Shown: in pieces, positions 36,694-50,621 of the stretch
How the letters are laid out: the number at the start of each line of letters is the position of its first letter
Numbering within the stretch: position 1 is the first letter of the stretch
NCBI GenBank assembly: GCA_977016875.1
Contig: CDRNST010000229.1
Coordinates: 124,001-188,000 of the forward strand
Direction: 5' to 3'
From: Pavona decussata
Lineage: Eukaryota
DNA: 64,000 nucleotides
Position numbers and translations under genes: made by a program
The notes under the pieces: generated by a model
The model's database searches: none
Told to the model about the DNA's origin: nothing
The model's input: only the letters and a program-made list of their open reading frames with translations

Positions 36694-39600
36694 TTATGTT
36701 TCTACTTCAGGATTGGAAGGTTTTCCTCGCTTAATGAGCTGTTTCTCTCCATTGATGTTGACAATCGGTGTCTCTGTCCTCGTGTGCCACACATATATCT
36801 AATAAAAAATAAAAGAAATTCATTAACACCGTCGAATTTTGAAAGAAAGATCTGTAAAAATGTGACAGTTACTGACTATTTAATCACTTAAGTATTTCTT
36901 CTTTGTTTACTTGGGTTACTACGTTGAGCAATTGAATTGAGTTTTTATTTACAGATGTCCGCAGACCATCAAATTTAAGCATCAATTGTTTGTCAGTTGG
37001 CTGGCGTGACTTCCGGTAAATTCGCGTGACTTCGAGTAATACGGTGTTACCCAGCAGGGTAACAGGGTCTCGTGTGATAGGACATATCATAACGCTACTT
37101 AGCTTAATCTTGCGTGATGACATGGCGTTTCATGAAATGATGTCGTAAATTTAGCGTGCGAAAAGGTGACTTCCCCTGTAGATTCATCCTGCGTGACCTT
37201 GCACAATATGCATGGTGTAACTTAAAAATATTTTATACACTACTGTATTTCAATTAACGTTGACGGCAAACTTATAGGAAAACACCGCAAGGTGACATGG
37301 GTAATTTATTAATGAATTTGCCAAACTCAGCTATGGGTTAGCCTTACAGAAAATAAACCATAGAGGCAAATATTTATGGTATTTTCACCTATGCTATATG
37401 TGGCACTGGCACCCGTGAAAATACAGCGGAATTACAAAAGATTAAAAACTATCCATAATACCCTTCGGACTTGTTGCGTAAACTGGAAAGAGATGCACGC
37501 TAATAAGATGCATAAACTGTATGGTTGACATCACAAGGTGTCCCCTTACCTTAATTCTCACTAAAACACACATAATTCTGTCAAACATGAAGTTATATGA
37601 CAATGAAAAGAAGGTCTGTCTTATTGAAAGCACTCGGATTCAAGATTAGGTGCATTTCTAGAGACTTAAAAATCCGATAATGTTGAATTTAAATGGCTGA
37701 ACATTGCATAAGTGAAGCTGGCCTACCTTTAAACAGTTATCCGCTCGCGGTTCCATCTCCTCCATGGTCGTGATCTGCTCAAGAAACGAAGTCTCCAGGA
37801 ATCCCGGTTTGATGTCCGGATCAAACTGAGCCTCCGGTCTTTCGATCAGCAGCCTTTTCAAGTTTATCGCGAACGCCGCCATGTCAATAGGAAAAGTCCT
37901 GAATGGTTTCCAGTTGGTATGAAAGCCTACCACGTGACCGTGTTTGCAGATGGGACCCGCCCATCTGGCCGCTCCTGTAAACGCTACCGGCCACACTCCA
38001 ACTGAGTTTATACTCCGCATCTGAGTAAAATTTTAAAACACCACTTAACTTAACATTAATTACCCAAAACAGTCTTAGGCCAACAGACCCTAGAAAGACG
38101 ATAAGAACAAAACATTCCACCCCAGTTAACAAGCCATTTCGCTTAACATTGACTGATTACACGAAAGAGTTTTAGAAGGATAGACCCTCGAGGGAAGACG
38201 AGAAAGACAACTTCAACCCCTGTTAAGAATCCGGGGCCAGGGTTCGAAGCTGGGACCAGATGATGAAAGGCGAGCTATGTCAACACTGCGTCATTCCTGC
38301 TCCCCAAAGAATATTAAAATGAGAAAGTTCATATATTCATATAGTCTAAGACCAGGGTGGTATTATCCATTCCCACTTAGGCAATAACGTCTGTTGGTAT
38401 TGAGCGTAAAACATGTTTTGATCGTTATCCTGCTTAGAAGACAGATTCTTTAAGATTTCTTTGTAAACAATGTAAGTTTGTTTAAAGTTCGTGAATGTTT
38501 TTAGCTAAACAAATAGGATTAGGGTTATCCGTAATCCTTACCTCTTCAAACAATCGGATGTCGTAAGTATTATCATCGTCAGCGAAATAAACCACTCCTT
38601 TTGTCTCATTAGCGTTGATATTGTTACGAAGCCATTCGATTCCTATATTCCGCTGTTCTACGCCTCTTGACTTGGTCCACCGCGGCTTATTACGACCACG
38701 TCTCATTTCCACTGGAGTTCGCACATTAAGATGAGTATACTTTAAACCAGAATGACTTAAAAGCCGTTTAACAAGGTTTGTTCTCTCGTGAGAGTCTTCT
38801 ACAACAATCCAGTGCAAATTTTTCACATGTTTTAAAGTTAGTGCCATGCGTGTTAGCTCCGCTTTCTGGAGGAAACGCCTATAAGTTGGTGTAATTATAA
38901 AAATTGTCGGGAGTTTGGAATCCCAACCAGATTTGTGCAAAGCTATCTTTTCTTCTAATTCTCTTAATTTCGCACGGAGTTCCTTTTCAACTAATATTTG
39001 TTCTTCATTTCCAGTTTTAATTGGTAAAAGCAGCTGATTCGTGGATTCGTTATCTTGTAGTTGGACGTTGGTCGACAAAGAAGACGGTGGGAGTTCAGTG
39101 TTTGAAGGATGTCTTCTAACCAATCGACTCTCGAAATGACTAAAGTATTGTCCTAAAGAGAGAAAATGTTGGTACCAGTTAGAAATAGTGGGAAAATTGT
39201 AAATCCAAGGGCAGTGTTTCCTTCAAAGTAAGTTACTACATAAGCATTCTAACACTAGCTGTTACTGACTGCGATGCACGTCAGCACTGTAATCGAATAC
39301 ATGTATCTATGAGTTGCGGTCTCAAAACAAATTGTTTGCGTAGCATTTATCTACTGTTGCATTGAGAACTATTCAACGATTGAATGTGCAAGATCTACAA
39401 GACCTTATAATCTTCATTGTCTTTAATTAAGGAAGTACTACTCAAGAATGTTTCGCTGAGCATCAAGTTTCTGATTTATAACTTGAACAGCCAGCGGCTT
39501 AGGGTTAGTTAGTGACGTGTGAAGTGGTTGTTGCTCGGCTACATGGTAGTTTTAATTATTGTTAATTTCTTAATCACTTTTATGGAATGAACGCTGAACT

Positions 39601-39817
39601 TCGATGAAAATTCAGCAAATTCAGTGTCAGAATTTCTCATTAATTAGCTGTGGATCTGTGCACAACGTGAGAAATTTCTTACTGATTTATAACTAATGAA
39701 TCATCGCTCACCTTTAATACTTGCGTTTTCAAGAACTCCCTGAAGAATTTTTGTTATGACGACAATTCCTAGAAGAACTCCAAGGAACATGGCGTATTTG
39801 ATTACACCGCGAACCAT
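36694..39817 (-). CDS. GT43 beta-1,3-glucuronosyltransferase (GlcAT/B3GAT-like), paralogue A
   Basis: Exons 39817-39712 (TM anchor), 39152-38542, 38020-37727, 36798-36694. Motifs LPTIFIITPTY, QKAELTR, LHWIVVED, RGVEQRN, GVVYFADDDNTY, FPIDMAAFA, GFLETSFL, VWHTRTE. Confidence 0.92.
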
Positions 39818-40361
39818 CTGAAAATTGTTTAAATTGAAGTTATTGAAAATAATTAAAGGTGGCATTTTCTATAGCAATAACAACAACAAAATCAATTAAA
39901 GCAACACAACAATTTTATTTTGAACGTTCACTATAAACATAAAACGGGTGTGATAGAAGGTCACGTGACCAGACATCGTGTGTTATATCTGCAGTCAAAA
40001 GACCCAAGAACAGCAGAAAAATGAGAAGAAACACAAGGAATACTTAAAAGAAAGAAAACCACTTACAAGACAGTTGGAATGAAATCTAGGCTGCTTTTGC
40101 AATTACAACGTTCGCTCCAGCTTAAAAAGTCATTATGTCCGGTCAGAATCAAAATGTCGGCGTCCAGGGACGACGACGACGCCAACGAGAACGGGACTTA
40201 ACTGAATTAGCTTCGAGTTTTCAAACTAAATTCACGACGCTTTCTACTCATTTTTAGTTTGTGTAATGTGGCCGAACTGTCCAGGAGCTAACGCCCTAAG
40301 GGCGGCTTTAAATTTCAGAATGAGAAACGAAAAGTACTTTTCATGCGTTCACATTCCCCAT

Positions 40362-40480
40362 AGGGAGCTTAAGCAACGACGACGGCGACGGCAACGAAAA
40401 CGCCGCAAAACAATAGAATTAATGAGCAAAAACAATCGCTCTGCACGTGCGTTTTACATTTTAGCACATTTCTTCTCTGT
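40362..40480. mobile_element. Truncated CMITE-like end
   Basis: agggagcttaagcaacgacgacggcgacggcaacg..., the reverse complement of the right end of the copies at 8846 and 21419. Confidence 0.75.
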
Positions 40481-43038
40481 ACCAGGGTATTGCAAGGTTT
40501 GGTGAGACCAGGAAAAAATTATAAATGTAAACTTATTCGATTCAAAACGACGTGTCAAGAGCCGTTTCGTTAATCGAGAAAAATTACCAACGAAACAACA
40601 GTAGCAAATAAAATGTCTTGCTTTATGGATGATCACTATCCACTTTCTCTATACAATATCAAGTATTCCACTAAGCAGTTGGGTGATGAGAACATAGAAA
40701 CTGATCGTTTAGAGAACTAATATTTTGAGTCTGAGATTGAAAGATCTGACCAAAGTCGGCAAAATGTGTCGTCAAAAAACATTGCCAGCCCTGAAATGCC
40801 AACGAAAATTCCTCCTGAAGAGCTTTTATCTGTTAATGGTCACATTTTAAGATTTTATCCCAATGGACTCAAAAAGCTCGCGAGGAATTAACATTGGGAC
40901 AAGTCAAGCGAAAACATATAATTGACATAACGTAGAATTAAAATTCTACGGTAAAAAAACTTAATAAAAAACACTATAACGACAATTAAAATAACAAACT
41001 AACAAATTTGTTTACTTTTCAAAACGTTTGCAAGCTGGTGAGGTAATTTCAGTCAAGTTGTAAATAAATTGGAAAAACTGAAAGTCAAAAGTGAACGACA
41101 CTCAGCTACTTACCATATTATATAACCTCTTGTTGAATACCAAAGCGATAGATGTTTGAATCTCCGTGCAGTAACTTCCAGTTGATCTTAGTAACTCCTT
41201 AACCACCACCAATTATTTCACCCTCGTTAAATGTTTTCTAATCGTAGTGATCCGTGCGTGAAATTTTTTGCCGGGTCGTCTGTGTGATTCATGTGCAAAG
41301 GGCTTACGTAGATAGTGAATATCCCCCACCGTGTAACATTTCGTTGTGTTTATAACCTGCTTGCAATCCGAACGTTTTTGTTTTTAAAGAGACCTATATC
41401 ACACATTCTTTCGTTTGATTTGGTCTTTTCTTTGTAGCTCAGAGCACATGGATCCCTTTCTTTAACAAGGAAATAATTAAATTTGCATAAAAGAACCGGT
41501 CTTTCAGTTCCTTTTAAAACTGGTACCCGTCATAGTCTCTCCTTCATGCTTTCAACGAAACATCCTATTCAAATAATGCTGGTTTTACCGGCGCAAAAGT
41601 GGAAGTTGTAGAACTTTTGAAATGAGACCTTTATTTTAACAACTTTCGTTTTTGTTTTGGTTTCTTTCTGAGCCTGGGCATCAACAAGGTTGGATTGAAA
41701 GGAGAAAAGAACAACTTGACGAAGTAGCAGGGCGAATAACTACACGCAATTCATTTAACATAAGTGACAAACCTCGCTTATTGTGAGAATTGAAAACTAA
41801 ACTGAAAATTTACACGGAAAATCCAACAGTAAAAAGATGATAAAGCGGTAACCTACAATTTACTTGAATTAAAAGACGTTTCTACGGTAAAACAATGCAA
41901 GCCGTTAGAGAGCAGCCAATCAAAAAAAAAATTGTTTTTCGATTTCCTCAGAGTCTCTCCTAGTGACCAACCGCTGGCTTAAGAGCCTGAGGACTCTGGG
42001 TACGTGATTGGCACGTGGGTTATTTCTACTCCATGACGCAGCGTTTCATTTGCCCAGCGGCGTTTCCAGACCACTGCTCAAATGGACTGAACGGCCGAAC
42101 GCAGCCTCTGGTTGACAAGTTGGCACCCGCCTGGACGTTAGGTTCGAAGACATGACACAAAGAACCCACGACAGGTGCTGCATTGAAAAAAAATCCTGCT
42201 TTGTAAAATAAAGACTGCTGTACTTTTTTTGATGGCCGCTCTGAAAATGGTTCAATGCATTTTACCGATATTCCGGTAGCAATTTAGCAAGATATATTGT
42301 ACTTGGAAAATGAGGATTTTCTGGAGTAGTTCCGATCCAATAAAACAGACGAATTCCATAGATTTATAGGTGAGTGAACCATTCTGGTAAATATATTATA
42401 GTTTTTGTTTTGACGTTGTTCAAATGATCTTGTCCATTGTTTTACGTTTTTGTTTTATATTTCTAAAGATAAAGAAATCAACCAATGATGCTTAGAGTTG
42501 TTTATGTCAGTTATAGAATCTTAAGTCTTGCCTAAAGTCGAGAAAGAAAACTTCCAGGAGTTGACGAGATTTGATACTTCCGCTCATGGCCAAGCCTTAG
42601 AATTTCATCTGGTCAACAATTAAGACCACCTCAGCTGGCATAATTCATATCATAATAAACAGTTCTGCTGGAAAGAAAGGAAGGTTACACTGCAGGATTT
42701 CATCCACGGACACAAAAGCTATAGCCACCTTAAAGGGGAGTACAACTTAAGAAAACAGCTTCACAGGAAAATACAGCTCATTACTTTCAATTGATCACGA
42801 ACGACTTTATGATTTCATCCACAGACTCAAGAATTATAACCATTAGAAAGTGCAGCTCAGTACTTTCAATTAAATGGTCACACTTTGCAATTTCATTCCC
42901 AGACTCAAAAGTTATAACAACTTTCTACGTACAGCAAAATAAACAGCACAACAGGAAAGAAATGCTCAATAGTTTCTTCTTTCTTTTTCAGTCCCATAGT
43001 GAAACGGAAATGGTGAACACAAGTTGAACGAGAAGAGA

Positions 43039-43563
43039 ATGAACAGAATAAGATGTACGAAGCTTGTGGTTCTCGCGGTTCTTCTTAGTATTTTCGCGTA
43101 TCTTATACTTAAAGATGACGCCGTACCCGAGTTAGATCATCCTCGCAGAATAGTAAATTTACGAGAAATTGATAGCATGTTGCCTGAAGGTTAGTAAATC
43201 TCTTCGATAGAATTCAAGAAAAGTGATAATACGTGAAATCATCAATACGCGGAAAAGGCTAATACTAACTGCTATCGTTAATGCTTATAAGGACGAGAGG
43301 CAAGGGAAACTGGGAAAAGGAAAGTGTCTCATTAGCCCTTGCGCTTCTCTGGAGAGGTAACTGGGAACTAGTCAGAAGCTGGCGTAACCTGGAACAAGCT
43401 CCCCATTATGGGTTATGAACCATTACATGTCACAGGAAGGTCATGTACGGCTTTTCTGCTCGCGTAAGACACTCGCCCAAATAAAGGAGCGTGTTCGCAA
43501 GCTAAGCTAACGTGGACGGGTACAGGGGAACGGCGTCCATGTGTTTGATTGATTGATTGATTA

Positions 43564-43625
<62 letters not shown>

Positions 43626-46045
43626 CGATTGATTTTTTTTAAATTCTTCCGCATGAACCTGGATCCCTTAAAATCTGTTGACTTCGACAAAATTTATTGA
43701 AGGCATAATAGTATTCTTTTTTTCCCCACGGTCAGTCGAGTTTCTTAAAAAAAGGTCGAGCTTAAGAATACGAACGGATTTCAAACGCGCACAAATTATA
43801 AGGGAACAGAGTTTTATTCCCGAATTTCGGAGCTGTTTTTGACTTTCCGAAATACTAGCTGGCCTTTTTTCGCACTTGAAACGAGTATTTACCCCTCCGC
43901 GAACAAAAGGGATTAGTTTTTCAGGGTAACAAAAGTTTGAGGTGATATTTCGCCAAAGAAATCGCTAGTTTTTCTTTGCAAATTAATCCGAAACTTTTGA
44001 GGCCAAGTGAGACAGGTAATGTTTTCCCAACAGATATTCCACTCAAAGGAACAGTAGGGTGTAGCGTGACGCTAGTTACGTCACGTCACGCATGGGGAGG
44101 AGAGGAGGAGTGCGTGACGAGCCAGAGAACGACAACGTAGGACTCCACACTAAAATTCTAATTACTTTCTGTGGCAGAATCAGCAAGCGAGACAGAGGAA
44201 CAATGGAACAAGAAACAGGAACTTAACGGCTTATCAGGAAAGGTTCTTACAAGAAAGGACATAGATGACAAATTACAGCGAATGAAAACTCAAGAACAGA
44301 CTTTAATCAAAAACTTAATAAAAGCCAGAAAAACCGAAGAAGAGCTTAAAAACAATCTACTTCGGTTATCTCGTGAGCTCCGTGCAAATGATCGAGTAAG
44401 ACATCAATCGAAACAATCAAACTTGCACTGGGATGATGCCAACTTGCCTACAGTCTTTGTTATTACTCCTACGTTTAAACGCTTTGTACAAAAAGCTGAG
44501 CTGACGCGCCTCTCTCAAGCCTTTAAACCCGTGAGAAAGCTTCACTGGATTGTTGTTGAAGATTCTGTGAACAAAACAGTCTTGGTGACCAATTTTCTGA
44601 GAAATTCAGGTCTGAAATACACGCATCTAAATGTGAGGACACCTGACACCTTGCGACGGCGTAAAAACGAAATACGACGACTCAAGCCCCGGGGGGTGAT
44701 ACAGAGGAACCTTGGTATTGAGTGGATAAGGAATAACATTGATCCTCACGAGACCCCTGGTGTGGTGTATTTTGCTGATGATGATAATACATATGACAGT
44801 CGAATATTTGATGAGGTTTGTAGTTGTTGTAGTTCCTCCAATACCCCAGGGATTTTAACGTGTACCGTGCCCCGGGCGCGTGGGATTTTTCCTGGTTTTT
44901 TTTTATGAATTGATGAATTATTAGATATTTCCTCTATAATCGTAGTTTGAATGCAGACCTCTATGCCTTTGAAGAAGCAAACAGAGATTCAAATGTATAA
45001 CATCACGCTTTTCCTGTTTTATCTTCAGATGCGCTGGATTCAAGGTGTCGGCGTTTGGCCAGTGGCCTTCACTGGGGGCGTCCGTTGGGCAGGTCCCCTA
45101 TGTAAAGCCGGTCGAGTTATTGGTTTCCATGCCAACTGGGGTCTATTTCGCCCTTTTCCAATAGACATGGCTGCTTTTGCTGTCAATATTAAAAAATTTC
45201 TAATCGATTTCCCTAAAGCTGAGTTTCTGGCACCGAAGAGGGCGGGAATGTTAGAATCTTCTTTGTTAGCTCAAATAACTACTGTTAAGGAGTTGGAACC
45301 TGTCACACCTAACTGCAGCAAGGTAAGTAAAAAGCACCAACCAGAAATTTTCCTCTTTTTAAAAATTCTATATCTCGATCCAATAGCTTTTTCTATTTAT
45401 TTCTTTCCGTTTACTACGTGAAACTCACTCATGTTTTCGGACCACACCCAGTTTAAGGGCACGTGTTACGCACCTGAATCCTAAGATCCAAACAATCAGC
45501 TACCAACCATAGGTTTTCCTGTATTGTTAGCGGTCTATCTAGGTGTATGGATATGTATGTTTCTCCTTTTTAACTCGTTCATGAAAACACTCCCCATTTC
45601 ATAAACGTTATGCTATATTGCCCTCTTAAATCACAACTGAGTAATATATTTTTTAAAGTTCTTATTATTTTCTGATCTTAGATACGCATTTGGGAAAGTT
45701 AAAAACTCACTGAATTTTCCATAACGTTTTGCATTTGTCCTCAACGCCGGTGGAATAGCTTCCGTAGGGTTCAATGGGGGCCTGGACACCAGGCAAGGGG
45801 GAAAACCGCTGAGTAATGTGACTTTGGGCAAGGCGATAAAAATGAACCTGCACTTAGTTTCCTCAGCGAATTGCATTTACGATTCTTGTAAGAACTCATA
45901 GAGTGTCCTTTTTGTAATGTCTTGGTTTTTATCTCACCAGGTATATGTATGGCATACTAGAACAGAAACCCCTAGAGACAGCATTTTAGGAGAACGACGG
46001 TTGATCAAACAAGGGGCACCCTCGGATAAGAACGTTGAGACATAA
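43039..46045 (+). CDS. GT43 beta-1,3-glucuronosyltransferase (GlcAT/B3GAT-like), paralogue B
   Basis: Exons 43039-43189 (TM anchor), 44178-44815, 45029-45322, 45941-46045. Same motifs and intron positions as paralogue A (GVVYFADDDNTY, RPFPIDMAAFA, GMLESSLL, VWHTRTE). Confidence 0.92.
43545..43633. repeat. (GATT)n microsatellite
   Basis: Directly visible tetranucleotide array. Confidence 0.95.
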
Positions 46046-47052
46046 CCGAACCACAACTGCGCAAAAACAGATATCCATGATAAAAGACATGAACTAGGCA
46101 AAGCGTTTGTTTGGAAATTTTGATTACCTAAGAAGATACCAAACCGATAATCCTAAGAAACGAGCTTTGTTTGTCTTGTATTGGTTGAATGGTATTTCTG
46201 TGTTCTTGTTTGTTTGTTCGTTCACGTTCCTTTCTGACAAACGGGGTGGGATTTTGTGTTTGTATACCATCATAGTAGATGTTTTAAAGTCAAAGTCAAA
46301 TGAGGTTGGCCAGTTTTAATCGTTTGAAGCTCATTTCATTCTTATAGCTTTTGTTATTATTCATTATTCAATTAATATACATGGCAATCCTATTGGTCAT
46401 TAAGTGCGGTCAGACAATGTGGACGAATGGACCAACACTGTGCTATACGTATTAAATTTTTAGCTTTTCTTGTGATCTTATCTATAAAATTGTGTAAAAT
46501 GTTATTTCGAAGTGCGCCCTCTCGATGAGGTTTTTTTTCTCTTAGGGCAAACTTCGACAATAAAAAATGTTTTAATAAAAAAAATTGTGAAGTATAATAT
46601 TCAATCAGTGAGAACCCAACTGCATTTCGTCCCTGAATTGTTCCAATGTTTCGTTTACTTTGCTGCTAAATGGTGGGAAAATGAGCGCGCGAAGCTTAAT
46701 GGGACAGAGCTTCCTCCTTTAAAAATCCCACAATGCCACGCCTGGGAACAAGACACAGCCATTTACATTTATTTTAGCTTTTATTGTAGCAAGCAAAAGT
46801 GACAAGCAACAACATACTAACAGAATCTAAACAAAAGAATAAGGAAACACTTATTTCTCAGATTTTAAATGTTAGAGTTCCAAGATCGAGGCTTCAAAAC
46901 AAAGAAAGCTACGCCTTTTCTCTGAGGCATGAACTTTTAAGGAAGTCATTGACAAGAGTGAACAGTTAGTGTATTGTTCATAGCCGAAGAAGTTAAATTC
47001 ATATAAATGCTTGGAAGGTGTTAATCGTTTTCGTGTAAAGTACGAACCGAGG

Positions 47053-48372
47053 TCACATCGCTAAAACTTTTCGTATAAGTTTATTCCAAAGTTTTCTGAT
47101 CCGGTTTCCCTTAGAGTTGAGATACTCTTCAATGTCTGACTCTTCATTCAACTGCGCATAATCTGCGGCATCTTTTCCATCTGCTGTAGTGAAGCTCACA
47201 TCAACTTTCAAGTCAACAAGCTTCTTCACAACTTGCATGTTGCCATGGATTGCTGCCATTTGCAGAGGAGTGAAGCCATCTGCGTCACAAGCATTGCTGT
47301 CTGCACCATGCTTTAATAGCATTTCAATGACTTCTAAGTCGCTGACATCGCAGGCATAATGAAGCGCTGTCTTGTCTTTCATTTCCGTGGTAACTTGAGC
47401 ATCAACTCTTGCCCGTACTTCTTCTCGTATGCTGTCAGGTGGACCTTCTCCCCAACCTGACGCAAGAACAGTACCAAAACTCGCCAAGTGTATCCTGCCT
47501 GCTTTGACACGTTTATCAAACAGCCCGGTTAAAACTTTCCTCACTTCAACATAGTTCCAGACCGTTTTCTCCTTTTTTGTGCCTCTTACAAGATATAACT
47601 TGTTTTTTGGATCATACGTATCTCTAATGTTCACATCTACATTGTTTTCAAGTAAAAGTTTGACAACGTGTTTGTGTTTGTTTTGAACTGCCAGATGAAG
47701 GGCAGTCTTGCCAGTGCTGCTCTGCAGTTGAACACCACAACCTGCCTCTATCAAAATCTGCGCTATATTAGCAAACCCCTTCATGGCTGCAATATGCAAT
47801 GCAGAGTCAAACGTTTTAACCCCAGTCTGGATAAGAAGGCGAACAGCCATGTAATTGTTCCAGTATGTTGCCAATATTAGAGACGTACATTGATCTTCTC
47901 TTTGAGCATTCGTGTCCGCGCCAAGGTCAATAAGTGTTTTCAGAAAGACACCCGAACAACGCGAGCTCGCCCACAGAAAAGGGGTGCGATTGCCTCTTGC
48001 GGCAACGTTGACATCGATACCGTTGTGCAACACAAGTTCAACGACCATTTCCGCATCATCGTTGTCTCCACATCGATGTAGATCTGTCAAAGATTTAACC
48101 TTCTCAACTTCTTCTTCATAAAATGTCCTTATATTGCTATGTACTTGTTCATCAAACGTGCTTAAGAGATCATCAGGAGTTTCAAGCGCAAAAATCCTTG
48201 CGTTATTTACTGTAGGTCCCAAAGTCATCTCTCTCAAAAAGTCGTTAACAAAGATGCCAGTGGTTACAACTGTGTCGTAATGTCCCTCGAAGACGGCGGC
48301 CTGCAGTAGATTGAAACCTGTTGTTTGGTCAACTTCTAGCACAGCATGTTTGCAAAGTGACATAAGGCTGAG
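47053..48372 (-). CDS. Duplicated terminal exon (ankyrin repeats + inserted unnamed domain); putative alternative last exon of the MIB-like gene
   Basis: Open 440-codon exon beginning at the phase-0 acceptor catag|CTCAGCCTT, paralogous over its whole length to 50622-51947. Confidence 0.8.
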   Translation of the reverse strand, partial: LSLMSLCKHAVLEVDQTTGFNLLQAAVFEGHYDTVVTTGIFVNDFLREMTLGPTVNNARIFALETPDDLLSTFDEQVHSNIRTFYEEEVEKVKSLTDLHRCGDNDDAEMVVELVLHNGIDVNVAARGNRTPFLWASSRCSGVFLKTLIDLGADTNAQREDQCTSLILATYWNNYMAVRLLIQTGVKTFDSALHIAAMKGFANIAQILIEAGCGVQLQSSTGKTALHLAVQNKHKHVVKLLLENNVDVNIRDTYDPKNKLYLVRGTKKEKTVWNYVEVRKVLTGLFDKRVKAGRIHLASFGTVLASGWGEGPPDSIREEVRARVDAQVTTEMKDKTALHYACDVSDLEVIEMLLKHGADSNACDADGFTPLQMAAIHGNMQVVKKLVDLKVDVSFTTADGKDAADYAQLNEESDIEEYLNSKGNRIRKLWNKLIRKVLAM

Positions 48373-48432
48373 CTATGTTTAAACAAAAAGAGAAAATACA
48401 TAATTAACGCTGTAGTTTTGGCAAAACAGTTC

Positions 48433-48455
48433 GATTGATTGATTGATTGATTGAC

Positions 48456-48514
<59 letters not shown>
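48433..48514. repeat. (GATT)n microsatellite
   Basis: Directly visible tetranucleotide array. Confidence 0.95.
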
Positions 48515-48515
<1 letters not shown>

Positions 48516-49018
48516 ATGTTGCACAGAAAAAAGGCTTTAGGTATTGGAGAAACAGTTTTCGTCGTTTGCAAATTTAAGATCTCACAAAATTTCGTCATTA
48601 CTGGCTTCAAACATCGACCTTACCATTTGCTTATAATGCATTGTTCGCTTATAATGCTTTCAACATTTAACGCAGGGTCCAAAAGGGGAAGTCGTTGGAG
48701 CCCGGTCCAATTGTTCAGAAATCATCCTGGGTTAACGTGAACTTTAATTTGACTTTAATCACTAAGCAAAAAAGATTTTTCCAAAAGAATTTTGTCTTGC
48801 AGTTTTAATTTGACAAAGAATTTTTTTTTTCACCGTTAGCTTAAAATTTGCTTTTAAAAACATTTCTTAAGAGCAAGATGAAAACCTAGGTTAAGGTGTA
48901 ATTGTGGATTTGCTATAATCGGTTTTCCAGCCAACCGGCCTCGGAACCCTACTTAAATCTTAACTTGATATATCCGCTTGATTTTTTATATTCAAACGTA
49001 TCAATTTCTTAGTCCCAT

Positions 49019-49359
49019 TAGACTGTTCACAGTCACCCTATTTTTCCGTGGGACTCTCGAGACCGGTAGGCTTCGATGGAGCTGCCGCCATCTTGGTTTG
49101 TAAAAGCAAGCGCGATCTGAGGAGAGTGACTAAACTACCGAGGGGAGGGGAGCGGAGTTGGGAGGCGACGGGAAAAATAGAAAAATATTTTTTCGCTTCC
49201 TCTCCCCGACTATACTAACACCCACTCCCGCTCCCCTCGGTAGTTTAGACACTCTCCCCAGATCGCGCTCGCTTTTACAAACCAAGATGGCGGCGATTCC
49301 ATCGAAGCGTACCGGTCTCGAGAATCCCACGGAAAAACAGGGGGATTGTGAACAGTCTA
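49019..49359. mobile_element. Long-TIR MITE (TAGACT...AGTCTA)
   Basis: About 135-bp imperfect inverted arms, including gccgccatcttggtttgtaaaagc / gcttttacaaaccaagatggcggc. Confidence 0.88.
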
Positions 49360-50621
49360 CAGTCCCATGTACATGCCTTCAACTAGAGGCTGCCTGACCG
49401 AATGACTAGCACGTTGGACTTAAAATTCACCCCCTGCGGCCTTAAGTCTCGCTATGACCACTAGCTGGAGTTAATTCACGTTGATAACGTTGATAGCTAC
49501 TGCATACCAGCAGTGCAAATGAGGTCTTTCCGGACCAAAGTGTTTTTATTTTCGACCTTAAAATCCACACAGGACGTATTGTGCAAGTCATTAAACTCAT
49601 CCAACGTGCTCGTTAAACACCCTTGAAACAAGAGTACAACTTTCTTCAAGAAATGGTATCATGTTCTTATGCTTGTGCTTATTTCTGCGTCTTTTGGCCG
49701 CACTTGCAAACCACGATAAAGAAAGCATAACAGCAACTACAGAGGAGAAAAAAGTACTTTTCTCGTGTTAATGCTACGGTGTATTAAGTCTGATGCAGCC
49801 CTTGTGTTTAATTTGTTTCTGGTTATTTGAGTGCAGTGTCTGTAAGCTACTTTGCAGCATTAAGTGCACATCCACATAGACAACGTATTCAATGTTTGAT
49901 AGACTAGTGCNNNNNNNNNNNNNNNNNNNNNNNNNNNNNNNNNNNNNNNNNNNNNNNNNNNNNNNNNNNNNNNNNNNNNNNNNNNNNNNNNNNNNNNNNN
50001 NNNNNNNNNNNNNNNNNNNNNNNNNNNNNNNNNNNNNNNNNNNNNNNNNNNNNNNNNNNNNNNNNNNNNNNNNNNNNNNNNNNNNNNNNNNNNNNNNNNN
50101 NNNNNNNNNNNNNNNNNNNNNNNNNNNNNNNNNNNNNNNNNNNNNGGTTTGTGGCAACCCAAAGGCTAGTGTGGACCTGCCAGAAACTAAAAAAACTACT
50201 TAAATATATGTACAAGTCTAAAGAAATTTCAAGAACTTAGAAATATAAAAAATCCGTTTACTTTGATGTTATCACACAGGCCTCCTTTTCGAATTGAATA
50301 CGATCTAATGTCCTTGAGGCCTGCCTAAGTTTTTGTTTGAAAAGCTGTAGGGAGGAAGCATCCTTGATGGCTTTAGGTAGCAAATTCCAGACAATGGGCC
50401 CTCTGGGCCCAATTGCTTTAAAAGTGTCCAATAGTCAGAACTTAAACAACGAAATCCATGCTCTGTCTCTGAAATGATAGTTCTTAAAGTCACTCATTGA
50501 GAATGTGAAAAGGTATCTGCATTGTCCACGATAGCAACAATCTCATATCATTTTTTTCACTTAACGTGAAGCGGTATCAGCAACAAGGCTATGTAAAGTA
50601 GTAGCGCTGATGATTACATTG

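Noticed and set aside
49774-50215. ORFs containing X runs here and at 16006-16303 and 24992-25492
   Set aside because: Artefacts of translating through N gaps.
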